A DNA stretch of 64,000 bases from Dicyema japonicum (Eukaryota > Animalia > Dicyemida), in assembly GCA_011109175.1 (NCBI GenBank), contig RDEW01000006.1:1696133-1760132 (forward strand). The letters run 5' to 3'. Positions 1-12,328 of this stretch are shown one piece after another; positions within the stretch are counted from its first letter, which is position 1; the number at the start of each line of letters is the position of its first letter. Both the position numbers and the translations under genes were made by a program. Below the pieces are notes generated by a model. The model did no database searches and had not been told where the DNA came from. It saw nothing but the letters and a program-made list of their open reading frames with translations.

Positions 1-582
1 TTCTCAATTGATATACTTCACCCAATACGTTGGTACATATGTTAGACTCTTGGAGGACCACCAAGGAAGTCATCCATCTTCTGAATATGTGCCCTTAATA
101 AAGAGATCAAAGATAAGCGTTTCCCCTGTTGGTCCTTGGAAACCCCTTAATGAAAAAGGTCCGCAAGAAGATTAATCTGACTTTTACCACTGAACTACAC
201 AATGATGTCTACTAAATTTTCTAATGAAGTATTATCTCCCAATTTTTCAAGGGAATGATCAAATAACTGGATCATGTTTACTTGATATGACGTCAGTCAA
301 GTGATCTTATCTCCGAAGGGCCCCTCCACCACAATCATAAAGTGAAGCAGTTTCCAGACACATTTTGCATAGTAAATGATAATAGTCGTGAACTAAGTGA
401 AATAATTGCAAAGTAAATGGAATTATATTTTCATGGAGTTTTTGTGATTTCCGAATTTATTTCCACAAATTTGTGCGCATCATTTCTGTCAAAAGGGGAG
501 TTCTTTTTTTTTATCAAAAATACATCAAAGAGAAGCATTAACATCAAAGAAAAATAATAATTTTTAGGATTAAATTAAAGTT

Positions 583-698
583 CTATACGGCGCAGAATCA
601 TGGATACTGAAAAAGGCGGATAGACGAAAAATTGATGCTTTTAAACTTTGGTGCTGGAGGAGTTTATTAAGAATCCCTTGGACTTCCAAAATAACAAT
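583..698 (+). mobile_element. RTE-clade non-LTR retrotransposon fragment
   Basis: Translates LYGAESWILKKADRRKIDAFKLWCWRSLLRIPWTSK, the typical post-RT RTE/BovB segment. Confidence 0.85.
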
Positions 699-975
699 GG
701 TCCCCATGAAGCACACGCATATGAAATGCATGGTTCGATGTACTGTGAGTAGAGCGTTTTAAGTATAGGGTGATGTCCAATTTTCCATAGACTTGTCAGG
801 CATTTCAGAAGGTTGATTTTCTTCTCACATTTGTTCAGCACGTTAGTGACGTGTCTCGAATAGTTCATGTGCGTATCGAAAGTTAGACCCAATATTTTTT
901 GCCATTTGCTGAATGGCAATCCTCTTCCCTCCACATTAACTTCTATTGTCCTGTTCGACAAGCTGTAACAGATTT
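699..975 (-). mobile_element. I/Ingi/Jockey-group LINE (family A) RT-thumb fragment
   Basis: ORF 641-961: KILGLTFDTHMNYSRHV...LYSQYIEPCISYACASWGP, homologous to the other family A copies. Confidence 0.8.
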
Positions 976-1659
976 TTCGGTGTTGATTGACATCCGATTT
1001 TCATTAAACCATTCGATTAGTCGATCGAGGTGTTGTTGTATTCTTGATGGAGATTAGCCTGAGGGCCGTGGGGAGATAAACCTGAGGACGAAAATTAGCA
1101 GTCTTTATTTAATGGCAGGTTTTTATTTTTCTCAATTATTAAACTATTAGAACTCAGATGCAAAAATAAGGAACGAAGTTCAAAAGCAGTTTCCAAAACT
1201 CATACATGAACATCTAAAGGAGATTCATTTTGCCAAAATCCTAAGATAGTATATCACATAAACATTTCTACGTCGATGAGCATCTTAATGGAAAAAGACA
1301 TCAGGCACTAAGCAACAAATTATAGAGACCACTCAACATTTGATGAGATTAAATTACCTCCAGATGTAATTATGATAAGATGGGGGAGTTTCTTAAAAAC
1401 GGCATTTTATTATTCCGGAAATCTCGCTGCAATGAAAGACAGTGAACAATTTTGAAGACGATGCGATTATTGTTGCCAATTTGAAGCAATCAATAATGAA
1501 TGAAAATTTGGTTCATGAATTTTTTGAAATTACGAAATATCAATGGCTAAAATCTGATTTGAGAGTTATGCAGCTTTTGAAAATATCAGCTCTATTTCGG
1601 TAAAGAGGGAAATTGAAAATTATTTTATTGAAAAGTACACTGTAAATGCTTGCAAGGAT

Positions 1660-2340
1660 ATATGTGCTACGACAACTACGAACAAATTGCAAAATATTCT
1701 GGAAAGACTCCATGAATGGTTGAAAAGAAATTCAATGTCAACGTCCACAGAAAAGTACTTTACCTCTCTGTACGTCAAATAGAAGGCTATCAAGCTATTC
1801 GGCTGAACTATTTTTTAATGGTGAACTAATCTCAAATGAGAAACAAGCCAAGATTCTGGGAGTAACATTTGACACCCTCATAAGCTTCAGCACACATGTG
1901 TCAAACGTAATCAGTGCCTCGGCACGAAAGCTTAACTTTGTGAAGGTGCTCGTCTTAAAATTTAAAGGATCCTCAATCTGTTCATTATCAACGTTATACA
2001 CCCAATTCATAGAGCCAACTATAAGTTTTGGATGTGCAGCTTGGGGAACAAAACTTGCCAAAACAAACATGGATAAGATCAACTCCCCGAATCCAATATG
2101 ACTAAAACAATCCCCCGACTCACAGGACTACGAATAAGGGCAACCCCACTTGAGGTCCTTGTGAGGAATTCCGGCGGCATACTCACCCAAAATAGAAAAC
2201 CGCCAGAAGAACGGTGTTATCGAAAATGTGTCGGTTCCCGGGAACAAGATTGGGAAAAGATGAGAGATGCCGGGATCACCTGATAGGATTTTCCTTTTAT
2301 TTAGTTTGCCTGGTGATTTTTGACATATTAGTAATAAAAC
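1660..2340 (+). mobile_element. LINE family A, 5'-truncated copy with 3' end
   Basis: LQNILERLHEWLKRNSMSTSTEK...KILGVTFDTLISFSTHV...PTISFGCAAWG...RKCVGS...MRDAGIT* followed by AT-rich tail. Confidence 0.8.
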
Positions 2341-2949
2341 AGATCAGTAAGAGGACCAAAGTGTAACATTGTAGCAGCAAGATCAATGCCCACAAGATTG
2401 GGTGTTTCTGTTCCCTTGAACTCGTATATTAAACCTGATGTAGAGAGCGGTTCAAATCTTTGTCCCCACCAGTCCTCGATTTCCCTCTTGTCGGTTTAGG
2501 ATCACTAGTTAATTGGAACATTCTCTTAACCAGGTGATAACAAAAAGAATAATACACACTCAGGACTATATTCGTGGGAAATCCGGACAGTTTGAAGACT
2601 GACTCTGAATACAGGAAACATCAGGATACGGAACTCAACTACCTGCATAAAACTTCAAAAATCGAGAGATCATTCAGAAAATTATGCACACACAGAACAC
2701 CTAGTTAACCAACAATCACAGAATGACTCATCTTTGGAAGAAACAAGAATATTAAAATTCATAACCAACCACAAAAAGGCAATAGAATTTCCAAACCATT
2801 TAACAAGAATCTACGCTGTGAGAGAATGATCATTAAAAAACGTTAATAATGCCGTAATCCACGGCAAACGTCAGATCACACATATACGTACCGTAAAGGA
2901 CAACAGAAAGTCTTATGAAGTCATTCGGTTCCTGAGTCGTACTTGTCCT

Positions 2950-3240
2950 TAAATAATGAATTTCTTCCAACGAACAAACATTCAAAAATCCTCGGAATTG
3001 TCTTTGACATGTCTCTGCTTAAAAAACGTAGAACAGCTCTACACAGAAGTCAGACAAAAATCAAATATTTCGGAAGCGGTAGATGGGCACTTTTATGACC
3101 AACAAAAACAATGCCGACGACGATCAGGTATGCCTAAGATTGGGAGGCGTTTCAGAGAAGGACTACAGGAGATTGCTTGGGGTAAGAACGAATGGAGGAT
3201 GACGTCGTTGTTCAAAACTTGTCTCGCTTTACAGTGAACA
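2950..3240 (+). mobile_element. LINE family A degenerate fragment
   Basis: Alternative frame gives PTNKHSKILGIVFDMSL; RRFR motif near 3150. Confidence 0.5.
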
Positions 3241-3329
3241 ACATTTAATATGAGATGCTATAAACCCTGCTTGTTCGGGAAGGTTTTATTATTTTTCAAT
3301 CTGCATTACGTAGAACTAATGATTCCGCC

Positions 3330-3620
3330 CATATCTTCCCATCAGTCTTATTGGAGTTACCTTTTCTGCTATTCAACCTCTCTTATCATGTAGTCAAGTA
3401 GGTTACCTGCGTATTTGTTTTGTAAGATCTCACAATTAAATAATAGGTGGCTCTTCGACCAGTCGTTTAGGTCTCAGGCATAAGTGTCACCTGTTCCTCA
3501 ACCCCTTGGCACATTCTTTGGGTTCCCACTTATCAATAACAAGTTTGTATGCTTCATCTTTTTTAAATCTCTTATCTTTGATGTGCTTTTAAATATTTGT
3601 AGGATACTTTCTTCGTAAAA
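3330..3620 (-). mobile_element. degenerate non-LTR C-terminal zinc-knuckle fragment
   Basis: Minus-strand KWEPKECAK..TGDT...HLLFNCEIL resembles the CCHC knuckle at LINE C-termini; contains stops. Confidence 0.35.
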
Positions 3621-4226
3621 CACAGCATAGTGGTACTGGTATATGACCCCTAAGCAATTATAGTACCCCCTAAGCAATTATTCTTATAAATTCTTGATTT
3701 AATAATTTTTTTTGATTTAATAATTTTTTAGCGCTAATAGATTTGTTTAAGTTCTAGAAACAACTTGCTCCACTTATCACTAAATCACCGTGAGACTGGC
3801 GTTGCAAGGGACAAAAAAGGGCCACCTTGACATCAATTGTAACCAATCAATGAACATGGAACATCACTACCCCCGTCAGAAATCTGATTGAGCTAATTAT
3901 TGCCCTAGGATCACATGGACAAAAATAAAACAGATAAATTGGTGTTGGTCATGTAGCGATGGGCTTTAGGTTTGATCTGCTTGAAGGATTCTTTCCTGCT
4001 CTTTGCCTTCTTCAATTCCTAAAAAACATCATATTATCCATCTCTCTAGGGAGACGCCAAGTGCATACACAAAGAATCCCTTTCTTTCTTACTCTACAAA
4101 AGAGGTTCCCAACAATGTAAATAGCCGTGGGAAGAAAGTCTCACTCAGACGGTGGGGACTGGAATCAATAATGAGGACAATGATTGAGATATCAAAATAT
4201 TTAAAAAAACCAAAATTTAATTAAAA

Positions 4227-6206
4227 TTAACTAAATATTAATTCACTATCAGAATCATTTATAATTTGAATATTAATTTCATTAAATTGGCGATTATACA
4301 ATTTCAAAACACACATCCTTTCAGTTTTAGCAATCGAATTCAGAGGATCCAAGACAATTATATTTTCGAGATCTTTCAGGGACTTGGTGTACTTACGGAG
4401 ATTCTAAATTACCAAGACGAGTCAACCTTATAAGACAACGCTCTCCTATAGAGTGCCTTGACATTGGTAGGGCTCTGCAAGAGTACAAGATCACACTCTC
4501 TTATCGCTTGTTTATACTATATTTACGCTAATAGCTTACCTCCCCCGTTTGTAAGTAACACAGGGAGATGTTCAAATTAGCAGTCAGGTCGTTCGTTCTG
4601 AGACAAATACATTCACTGTACTTGTCTATTGCATTGGAATAGTCTTTCTGAAATTACTCCAACCAAACTCGTCTAAAATATTCGTTCCCCTCCAATCTTA
4701 AACTCTCGTAATAGCCGACTATCGATTTTGGTGGTGAAGTGGGGAAGTGTAAAATATTCATTTTCTCCCGTATTTTGCTTGAAAATTCAATATTTTTGGT
4801 TTTTTCTTTCCAACTTTCTCCATAAAGGTTCTTTAAAACCGCAGAAATGCGTTCTGACTCATTTTCCGATGTAATTCTTAGTTCTTCGGGTCCTTTCGAG
4901 AATTTGGCACGTGCTGCTTGGTAGTCGGAGTAACTCAAAAGATATCTACGATCCCCCAAAATCTTACTTTTCGATCCTTTCAAATAATCTCGCTCGTTCC
5001 AGGTAAACAATCCCACCAGAGTCGAAATTTGTAGCCAAAAATGTTAAATCAGAAATTGCCTGCCAAATTTCGTTCAAAAAACCATAGCACTTCGCCCTCC
5101 TCATAAGAACATCCTTAAATAAGGGACATCTGCCTTCGTCTCCCTTCAGAACAGTAGCGAGCCAAGATAGCACTTCAACTGCTTGAGAATACTCCTTATT
5201 CGTCTCCATTCTATCAACATCCCCAAGGATGACTGTAAAAGTGTCTCCTTTTTTCGATGACTGTTTGGACTCCTTATTCCCTGACTCTGATATTTCCGTT
5301 ATTTTTAGCTTTTTTCCATTTTTGAGTTTCTCCTTGCAATTTTGCATCAATTCGTTGGCGCAAGGGTCATCGGACTTGATTTTAGTGTAAAGTTCGAGAT
5401 TTTGAAGAGCCATTTTATAGTTTTTCAGTTCATAAAGGCATCTTCCTTTCTTAGAAGAGATCGAAGATTATTTTGATCTTACTTCCAAGATTTGTCGAAA
5501 TCCTTCAATGCCTCTTCATAGTTGAGCTTCTTCATGTCTGAAATAATATTTTCTGTTACAAGTTAGTCCCCTGTTGTTGGCTGCAGCCTCAGTCCAATTG
5601 GTGGACAAGCTTAGTGAGTAGTACTCCAACGCCTCCTCCCACTCTCACATCGATATGCCTCTGATTCGGCCACATTTTAACCTCATTTCCCTTTTCTTTG
5701 TAATCCTGTGCCTTCCCTACTATTTGTGATCTTGTAAGTGACTTTGTGTTGAACTTTAACTTTGACGATCTCGTCTCCTTCTTTGATAAATCGAATTTTT
5801 TCTAATTATTCTCACAACTTTTACAGATTCTCTGATTGGACCCGAATACTCGGAAGCTCTACTTTCCCTGTCTCGTTTCCTCAGCTAAGATAAATTACAC
5901 TGTAACCTCAAATTTATCATTTATTTCCTGTAACTCCGATTTATCCAGTGAGCATCTGTTTCCTGGGGGTTTGTCCTTATTAATATTTTGGTAAACAATA
6001 AACAAGGAAACTGCCTTTTGGGGTTCAAAAGTTTTATTTTTTCCTCGCAGCAGTTTTCAAGAGCTTCGTAATATCCTTGAGCGGGGGATTTTGGTTGAGA
6101 CTTGAATGTACTTTAGTATTTTATATATTTTTTCCAATTCTTTGAGGTCACCACAGCTTTCTACATATTTAAAGTCAAAATGTTCAATCAGAATGTCGTC
6201 AAACAT
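4227..6206 (-). CDS. SPAG1: SPAG1-like TPR co-chaperone (dynein assembly/R2SP), multi-exon
   Basis: Spliced translation: EHFDFKYVESCGDLKELEKIY..SPAQGYYEALENCCEEKIKLLNP (SPAG1 N-terminus HLDFKYIEKCSDVKHLEKIL..SGEEGYYPEL), KEKGNE|AYRCESWEEALEYYS..AANNRGLT|YMK (TPR1), GNEYFRR|KDYSNAIDKYSEC..KALYRRALSYK|NLRKYTKSLKDLENIIVLDP (TPR3). Introns of 21-23 nt; several 1-nt indels; stop TAA 4227-4229; start could lie slightly upstream. Confidence 0.85.
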
Positions 6207-6299
6207 TACGTTGCTAAGGTTTTAATATTTAATTTTGTTAGCAGCCGACAGGCTCATCATAGGTTCGATTATCACTTTATAAGGTTTCAAAATTAGAAA

Positions 6300-7020
6300 T
6301 TGATGCTCTTCCACATGATGGAAGACTCAGGGTTCAATCAGGGGGATCAGGAGTGGGACTGGCTATCAATGAATTTGCTGTCTGCATCCAAGTCTCAGTT
6401 CACGCTATTTACTACGGACAGAAGATTTAAAGGTGGACTTGGGATAATCATTGGAAACATTCCCATCCCTTATACACGAACACGAAAGATCCTTGGAGTA
6501 ACTTTTGAGTCTCTGATGACGTTTGCCAGTAACACGGAGGTGCTAACCCCTTCCCTCCTACTGCTTGTATCAGCAAAATATATCTTCAAGTTATTGCGCC
6601 GACGATTGAATATGCCTGTTCTGCCAAGAGATTCGCCATTCCTTCTACGAAAGTGGAGTGTGTGAATTCTCTCAGACGGAAGATCATGAGCCACATACAA
6701 TCAGACTCCACATACGTCCCCAGTCTGCTTTCAAAGGAGGCGACGGTGAGAAATTGCCAGGGTTTTTTTTACGTTTTTGCAAGGAACTGGCAAAACCATT
6801 CAAGGAAAAGGTGCCGAGGAATTTTGGTCGGTTATAAAAAAAGTGCACGCCGATTGAATTCCTATGCAGAAGGAAGAGAAAGCGCTTCCGGATTGCAGTT
6901 GGGTCATCAGAAGACCTGAAAAGAGTTCAGATGTTGTTGGAGGCTGGGATCACCTAATTAGTTGTTTTGACCTATCTTTCTTGGTGGCCTTGGAGTTAAA
7001 TAAATAAAAAAAAATAAAAA
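6300..7020 (+). mobile_element. LINE family A, 5'-truncated copy with 3' end
   Basis: WLSMNLLSASKS..RKILGVTFESLMTFASN..; ends GGCTGGGATCACCTAATTAGTTG (AGIT*) plus A-rich tail. Confidence 0.8.
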
Positions 7021-7089
7021 AGGAGTAGGAATTAATAATTTAAACAACAAAGTAATCAAAAACTTATAACAAAACCGAAACTCGTAATA

Positions 7090-8376
7090 ATCAGATTGGA
7101 ATCAATAATACCGCAAAGGTGGTTGGACTCAAATGACAGTAAACTGATCTCCCCCATAAATAAACCAATTAAAATATTGGTAGTCAACTCAACCACTTAT
7201 ACCTTTGTTGAATTCCCAACCAGTTTTGTCTTATAGTTATATACTAATTTTCCCCCAAATTCAAGACTAACAAGGCCAAGGCAATGCCTGTCTTACTCAA
7301 TTCTCTCATCCACACACACGTGCTCCCATTCTTCTCATAGAAAATACCTGATTTCCCCAACTCATCGTTATCCAGTGCCAGTATATGCTCGTTTTTAGCA
7401 ATCCGATCAAATCCGAGTCCAAACGAGACACATCTGTGGAAATCATCAAAGGATCCGCCAAAAAGGCCCAAATAATAAACTGGGTCCTCTGCGCATTGTA
7501 ACTGAGTCCATAGGAACCAACAAGAAGCTATAAACAATAAATACAAAGTCCACCATATCTGGGTCATTGAACTGTCCAGGAGCTGATATCTGCAAAAAAT
7601 CTCCCTTATTTTTTACATAAAGAGACATTATGGAAACTAAAGAGTCCCACGTGTCATCAACATCGTAAACATTCCTCCAAGTTTTGCAAAATTTAGCCAC
7701 ATTTTTGTAGTTTGGCTTGAATTACAGATACTTTTACATTTTCCTCATATAAAGGCCAACAACAAGAAAATAAAATCGGTCTCCCACTTTCGTTCAAATA
7801 TGAGCTAGTCAGAGCGAACCCAATAATAAGGCCACGTGACTAACCAGCGTCAAATAAATCTTGGTTTCCATAGCATCCATCCATTTTGAGGTAGTCAACT
7901 CCCCATTCAACAAATGTTTTAACATCCTTCTCTATATGTAGAAGAGATCCCGGATATCCCTGACACGTGAACAACCCCATATCCTCGTAAATTCCGAATT
8001 TAAGTCCTTTGTTGTGAATCTGTGATTGATCACCACAAAGTTTACATAATCTGATAAATATTTTATTCCACTGGGAATCTCTTCCTGTCGGCCACCAACA
8101 AGTCAGAGTCCCTACTTTTTTCCATCCAGCAATCATCAATGATGATGTATTCATACCCAGAATCCCTTAGTCCGGTGGAGACCATATAATTTGCTGTTTT
8201 TATCACTAAATCTTCACTATATGTGATTATTTGGGATACTTGAGACATCCATTCGGATTATCATCACAGTTAGTATTACATCTGACATATTGCCAACTCA
8301 ACCATCCCTTTGGGGGAACTCTTCCCACACCGTTATCACGATTATTACATATGTTTATAAGAATTAAGGTTAACAT
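7090..8376 (-). CDS. GLA/NAGA: GH27 alpha-galactosidase A / alpha-N-acetylgalactosaminidase, multi-exon
   Basis: Spliced: [33 protein letters not shown]|[25 protein letters not shown]|[71 protein letters not shown]|LLVGSYGLS. Introns 22-26 nt; 1-nt indels at ~8070 and ~7392; 3' end approximate. Confidence 0.92.
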
Positions 8377-8449
8377 AATTTTATTTTTAAATAATCGATC
8401 AATAAAATTTATTATTATTTACTCTTTTATTTTTAAAATAAATTTATTT

Positions 8450-9110
8450 TAAATTTTGACATTTCAACATGATCTCCTCTACGTCCAAAACTGACACCCA
8501 ATAACTCAGATGGTCAGCATCGTAGTATGACTTAAATCCAAGGCTCGCATAATAAGAGGACCATATACCTTTAATCACCCAAGACTCATAAAGATGTACT
8601 TACGTTGACTATAAGAGAACACGTTGGAGGAATTCAAGTCTTTCACTGAACGGTCTCTGGAGTTTGCTGTTAACAAGTATCACTCATTTAAAGAAGCTCT
8701 GTCTCATTCAACTCGGTAATTCCAACCTCCGCTAGTAAGGTCATACCGAAGTGTTTTATTCCCAACTTCAATCCGTCCTTCAACCGGAAATCTTTTCCTT
8801 GATCCTGAGAAGAAAATATTGAAGAGATCACATCCCAAAAATATCGATGGTTTTACTCAGTTGTCCGAACTGAACAAAACCATAGGTTCGCTCATCACAA
8901 AGGAAATGGGCATAATTACAAAAGCTAACCCAAAAAGATTCTTGATGATTAGAGGACCTGTCAAACTGATTCAAATCTCTTCAGGAAACAATCTCCAAGT
9001 GGGGGTTATGACTTGAAGTTTTATTCTTCTATTAGTCACCTTAAACGGCCTCCATCTCGCACCTTCACGAAAAGAAACTGAAAGTAAAGGAGTTCCCATT
9101 TTATCAAATC
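8450..9110 (-). CDS. putative unidentified gene
   Basis: GC-richer unique sequence between AT-rich spacers with open stretches (MGTPLLSVSFREGARWRPFK; NSRDRSVKDL...SYWVSVLDVEEIMLKCQNLK); no recognised domain, exon structure unresolved. Confidence 0.25.
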
Positions 9111-9269
9111 GATACAACTAGACTAATTAACCTTATCAAAAATACGCGAAACTCCCCTGCGAAAGGACCTCACGACCTTCCGATTTAATGGCTATAAAAC
9201 ACAAAAAAATCATTTTGTTATTTTTTAAATTTAATTAATTTTTTTAATAGTATTTGTAAATTTTGTTAT

Positions 9270-9910
9270 GTGAAGAACACCCGAATACTCGGATCATTAC
9301 TTGGCGATTCAGAAGATATCACACGACGAAAGATATTGGAACACAATAGCACTTAAAAATTACATTCTAATGAGAAAGAATCAAATTCCTACTAAGATAC
9401 GATTACGCTTATATAATGGATTTGTCCGACCAGTCTTCATGTACAACGCAGGTAATTGGGGAACATCAAAGAAAGATATGGAACAACCTGACTCGTTTCA
9501 CAGAGGCCAACTAAGAAAACTCTTGGATACTCCCAAAGAAAATCTCAAACAATGAATTATACAGACTGACTGATTGTGGACCAATAAGCCTGAACTTACT
9601 TGAAGCCCGTTAGCCCCCATTTGGATATATTCTACGGATGGGTGAACAGACACCCTTCAATGCTGCCATGGAAGAATTTTTCGGCCATACTGTATCTCCT
9701 GCATTCAGGTGACGTCCAAGAAGTTATCTTCCAAGGACACTTGCGGCAGATTACGCAGTGATCGGGGGAAAACTGATAGCGCGGACGATTTGAACGAATT
9801 CAAGAAACGAGCACGACAGCGAAAAGGATGGAGTAACAGAAAGGATAATCGAAAAGCATGGCACAAGCGAAACCATAAGCAGTGTTTTACAATCAGCAAT
9901 CTTTGTTAGA
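9270..9910 (+). mobile_element. RTE-clade retrotransposon 3' fragment
   Basis: KIRLRLYNGFVRPVFMYNAGNWG..DSFHRGQLRKLL..ELYRLT..FGYILRM, RTE C-terminal region. Confidence 0.85.
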
Positions 9911-9914
9911 GCAT

Positions 9915-10000
9915 GTGATTCAGATTTTAATATTTATGAAGAATTTCTCGGACTAGTACCAATACAAGATATTACTACAAGTAAAGATATTTTTAAGGGA
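9915..10000 (+). mobile_element. hAT transposase remnant
   Basis: DSDFNIYEEFLGLVPIQDITTSKDIFK matches the hAT (Buster/GTF2IRD2-like) EE.L.L....TTG.DIF motif. Confidence 0.55.
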
Positions 10001-10324
10001 ACCCCCAAGTGGTGGGGAAAAGTTGATGGCTCTTTTCGCTTTTTTCCTGAATGGGTGACACCTTTTCGGATGAGCCACAAGACACCACGTTAAGCACATG
10101 TCAAGAGACTACGCTCCACAATCAACACAATATACCGGAAACTATATTTATGATTAAAATTGTCCATATTAATGATTCGAGAATTGTCCATAGGAAATTC
10201 TAATTTTTTTATATTGCCAAAAAGTAAGGAAAACTGAATCCTTAGTACAATTTCAATGAACAAAGTATAAATTATTAGAATAAAAAATGTAAAAAAATAT
10301 TTAAAATAAAAAAAAGTTTTATTT

Positions 10325-10810
10325 AATCGCAGAAGATACTGGGAGTAACTTTTGATACTTTCCTCTGCTTCTCAGCCCATGTGGAATCTATCATATCAAC
10401 CTGTGCAAAGAAGATCAATTTTGTAAAGGCCTTTCTTTGGAACTGTAGAGGAATTTATCCGCCAGGTATCGGGACCCTCTACAAGCAGTATGTCGAGCCA
10501 ACAATAGGCTATGCATGTGCTGCACAAGGATCTAACCTGTAGGCAAAAATTCAAGAGATCCAGTCAAGAGCAAAAAAATTACTGGAAAAATATACAGATA
10601 AAGAAATTGCCCCCAGAGCACTCGAGTCTATCATAGAGGCAACTGGAGGCAATTTCAGAAGAGGAAAGGAAAAAGACCCCCGTCCGTATAGAAAATGCGT
10701 GGGATCACGGTCGGAGCATCGAAAAAAAATGGCCCGATTATTGAGAGATGCCGGGATCACCTGAATATTAGTTATTGGTTAAGACGGTGTTTCTTTGGCT
10801 TAAATAATAA
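10325..10810 (+). mobile_element. LINE family A, 5'-truncated copy with 3' end
   Basis: KILGVTFDTFLCFSAHV..LYKQYVEPTIGYAC..RKCVGSRSEHRKKMARLLRDAGIT*. Confidence 0.85.
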
Positions 10811-10869
10811 TAAAAAAACAAAAAAGTCATAAATCGTTGTCATAAACACATCAAAACAGGATATTGCAT

Positions 10870-11040
10870 GAATATCTTCTCTAGCAAATGAATGAAGACA
10901 TTTAATTGTTCCTGTCTTTTTAAAACATTTTTGTATTGTGTCTTTTTCATTCTATGCGTGAGATACCATAATGACGACTTTCTGTAAATTCACAAAAATT
11001 CTTTTCCAAATTAAAGGCATATAATCAAAATTAAACTTTT
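10870..11040 (-). mobile_element. pogo/Tigger (DDE_1) transposase remnant
   Basis: Minus strand VIMVSHA*NE.DTIQKCFKKTG resembles the pogo AW..V...TI.NCF.KAG motif. Confidence 0.55.
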
Positions 11041-11219
11041 TTCTATAAAAATGCTTAAAATTTTGATTGAAGATGAACAGTTGTGTGAATAAAATTTCAA
11101 TGTTTTCAAAAAATTTCGTTAAAACGTGGCTTGGAGATTATCAATCAGTAAAAAAACTTTTTTCCGTAATATTTTAATTCACCACTAAGATGACTGATGA
11201 TAACATTAAAAAGTTCTGT

Positions 11220-11640
11220 TGTCATCCAAGCCCTTTAATTTGCATAGTACAATATTTTTCAAAATCAAAATCTGTTAAAATTGTTTTAGAAAGAAAAACT
11301 GAAAAGACACCGACTGGTTCAAGCATGGAGGTGTGTCCGGCGGCGTCCAAAGCTCGCTTAACGACCACGTTCAAGGACATACGTGTGATCTGCCTGCACT
11401 CTTCATGCAGGAGAGAAGGTGTAGGCCAAAATAGTCGATCTGGTAAACATCGGGATGGATGGGGCACACAAACTTTTAATTTGAGTCATAACTAGATCCC
11501 AATACATTCATCATCCAGAAAGGTACCCAAAGCTTCATTAGGAATAACGTTGAGATAGGCACCGCTCCTGGAAGACGTCTTCGACTACAAACAAGCACGG
11601 CGATGTTGGTTAGATGACACCAACAGATCTTCAAAAGATC
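11220..11640 (-). mobile_element. degenerate CRE-clade fragment related to 12329-15446
   Basis: GAYLNVIPNEALGTFLDDECIG and LNVVVKRALDAAGHTSMLEPVG match the full-length copy. Confidence 0.75.
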
Positions 11641-12328
11641 TCAGACATCAGCATCGTACAGACCTAACTGAGAGAACATGGAATCTGGGGAAAACTTATA
11701 CGTACGGCTCCAGGCCTCACGAGCATGACAGGCGTCCTGGTCAAGGCGGGAGTGTAGAATACTCTTGACAAGGTGTTACAAGCAATTATTTTTAATTCAA
11801 TTTGCGAACAACAATTAAATTATTCGCAGATTAATTGATATGACTGTGACATAAAATATTAAATTAATTTTCAAAAACGGTATTTTTAAAAAATGTTTAA
11901 TTTAATTTCCGGATAGTTCTTTAAAAATACACAGGAGAAAGCCTTTGGTATGGGATGCTACGTGCGTCGACCCACTTTGCCCATCCAACGCAGTAGGGAG
12001 CCCCGTAGACACATTGTGAGCCTCGATGGTTCTCCAGTTGATCTCTGTTGCAATCGTGAAAGGCAACGCAACGTCGATTATGTAGGCGGGGATCATTATT
12101 GATTGATTTTTGTGTTTTATCTAAAATAAATAAAAATTAAAAAAATAAAAATTATTGTAAATTATAAAAAAAATGATTCTATTTTTGCCAGCACTTAGCT
12201 GATAGATTCTTGCACTTGTTTCGAAAAGCGATATTGGGAAAAACAATAAATGACCTTTTACTGTAGAAATACACTATTTTAAAAGAATTCAAATATCAAC
12301 CGTTTTTTTCTTATTTTTAGTTTCCGGT

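Noticed and set aside
60-200. Gypsy integrase motif (PRTNRGNAYL) on the minus strand
   Set aside because: Too short, no DDE context, window edge
7665-7740. 16-nt intron in GH27 (GTATCT donor)
   Set aside because: An upstream GTAAAA donor gives a 22-nt intron in the same phase that fits the size mode
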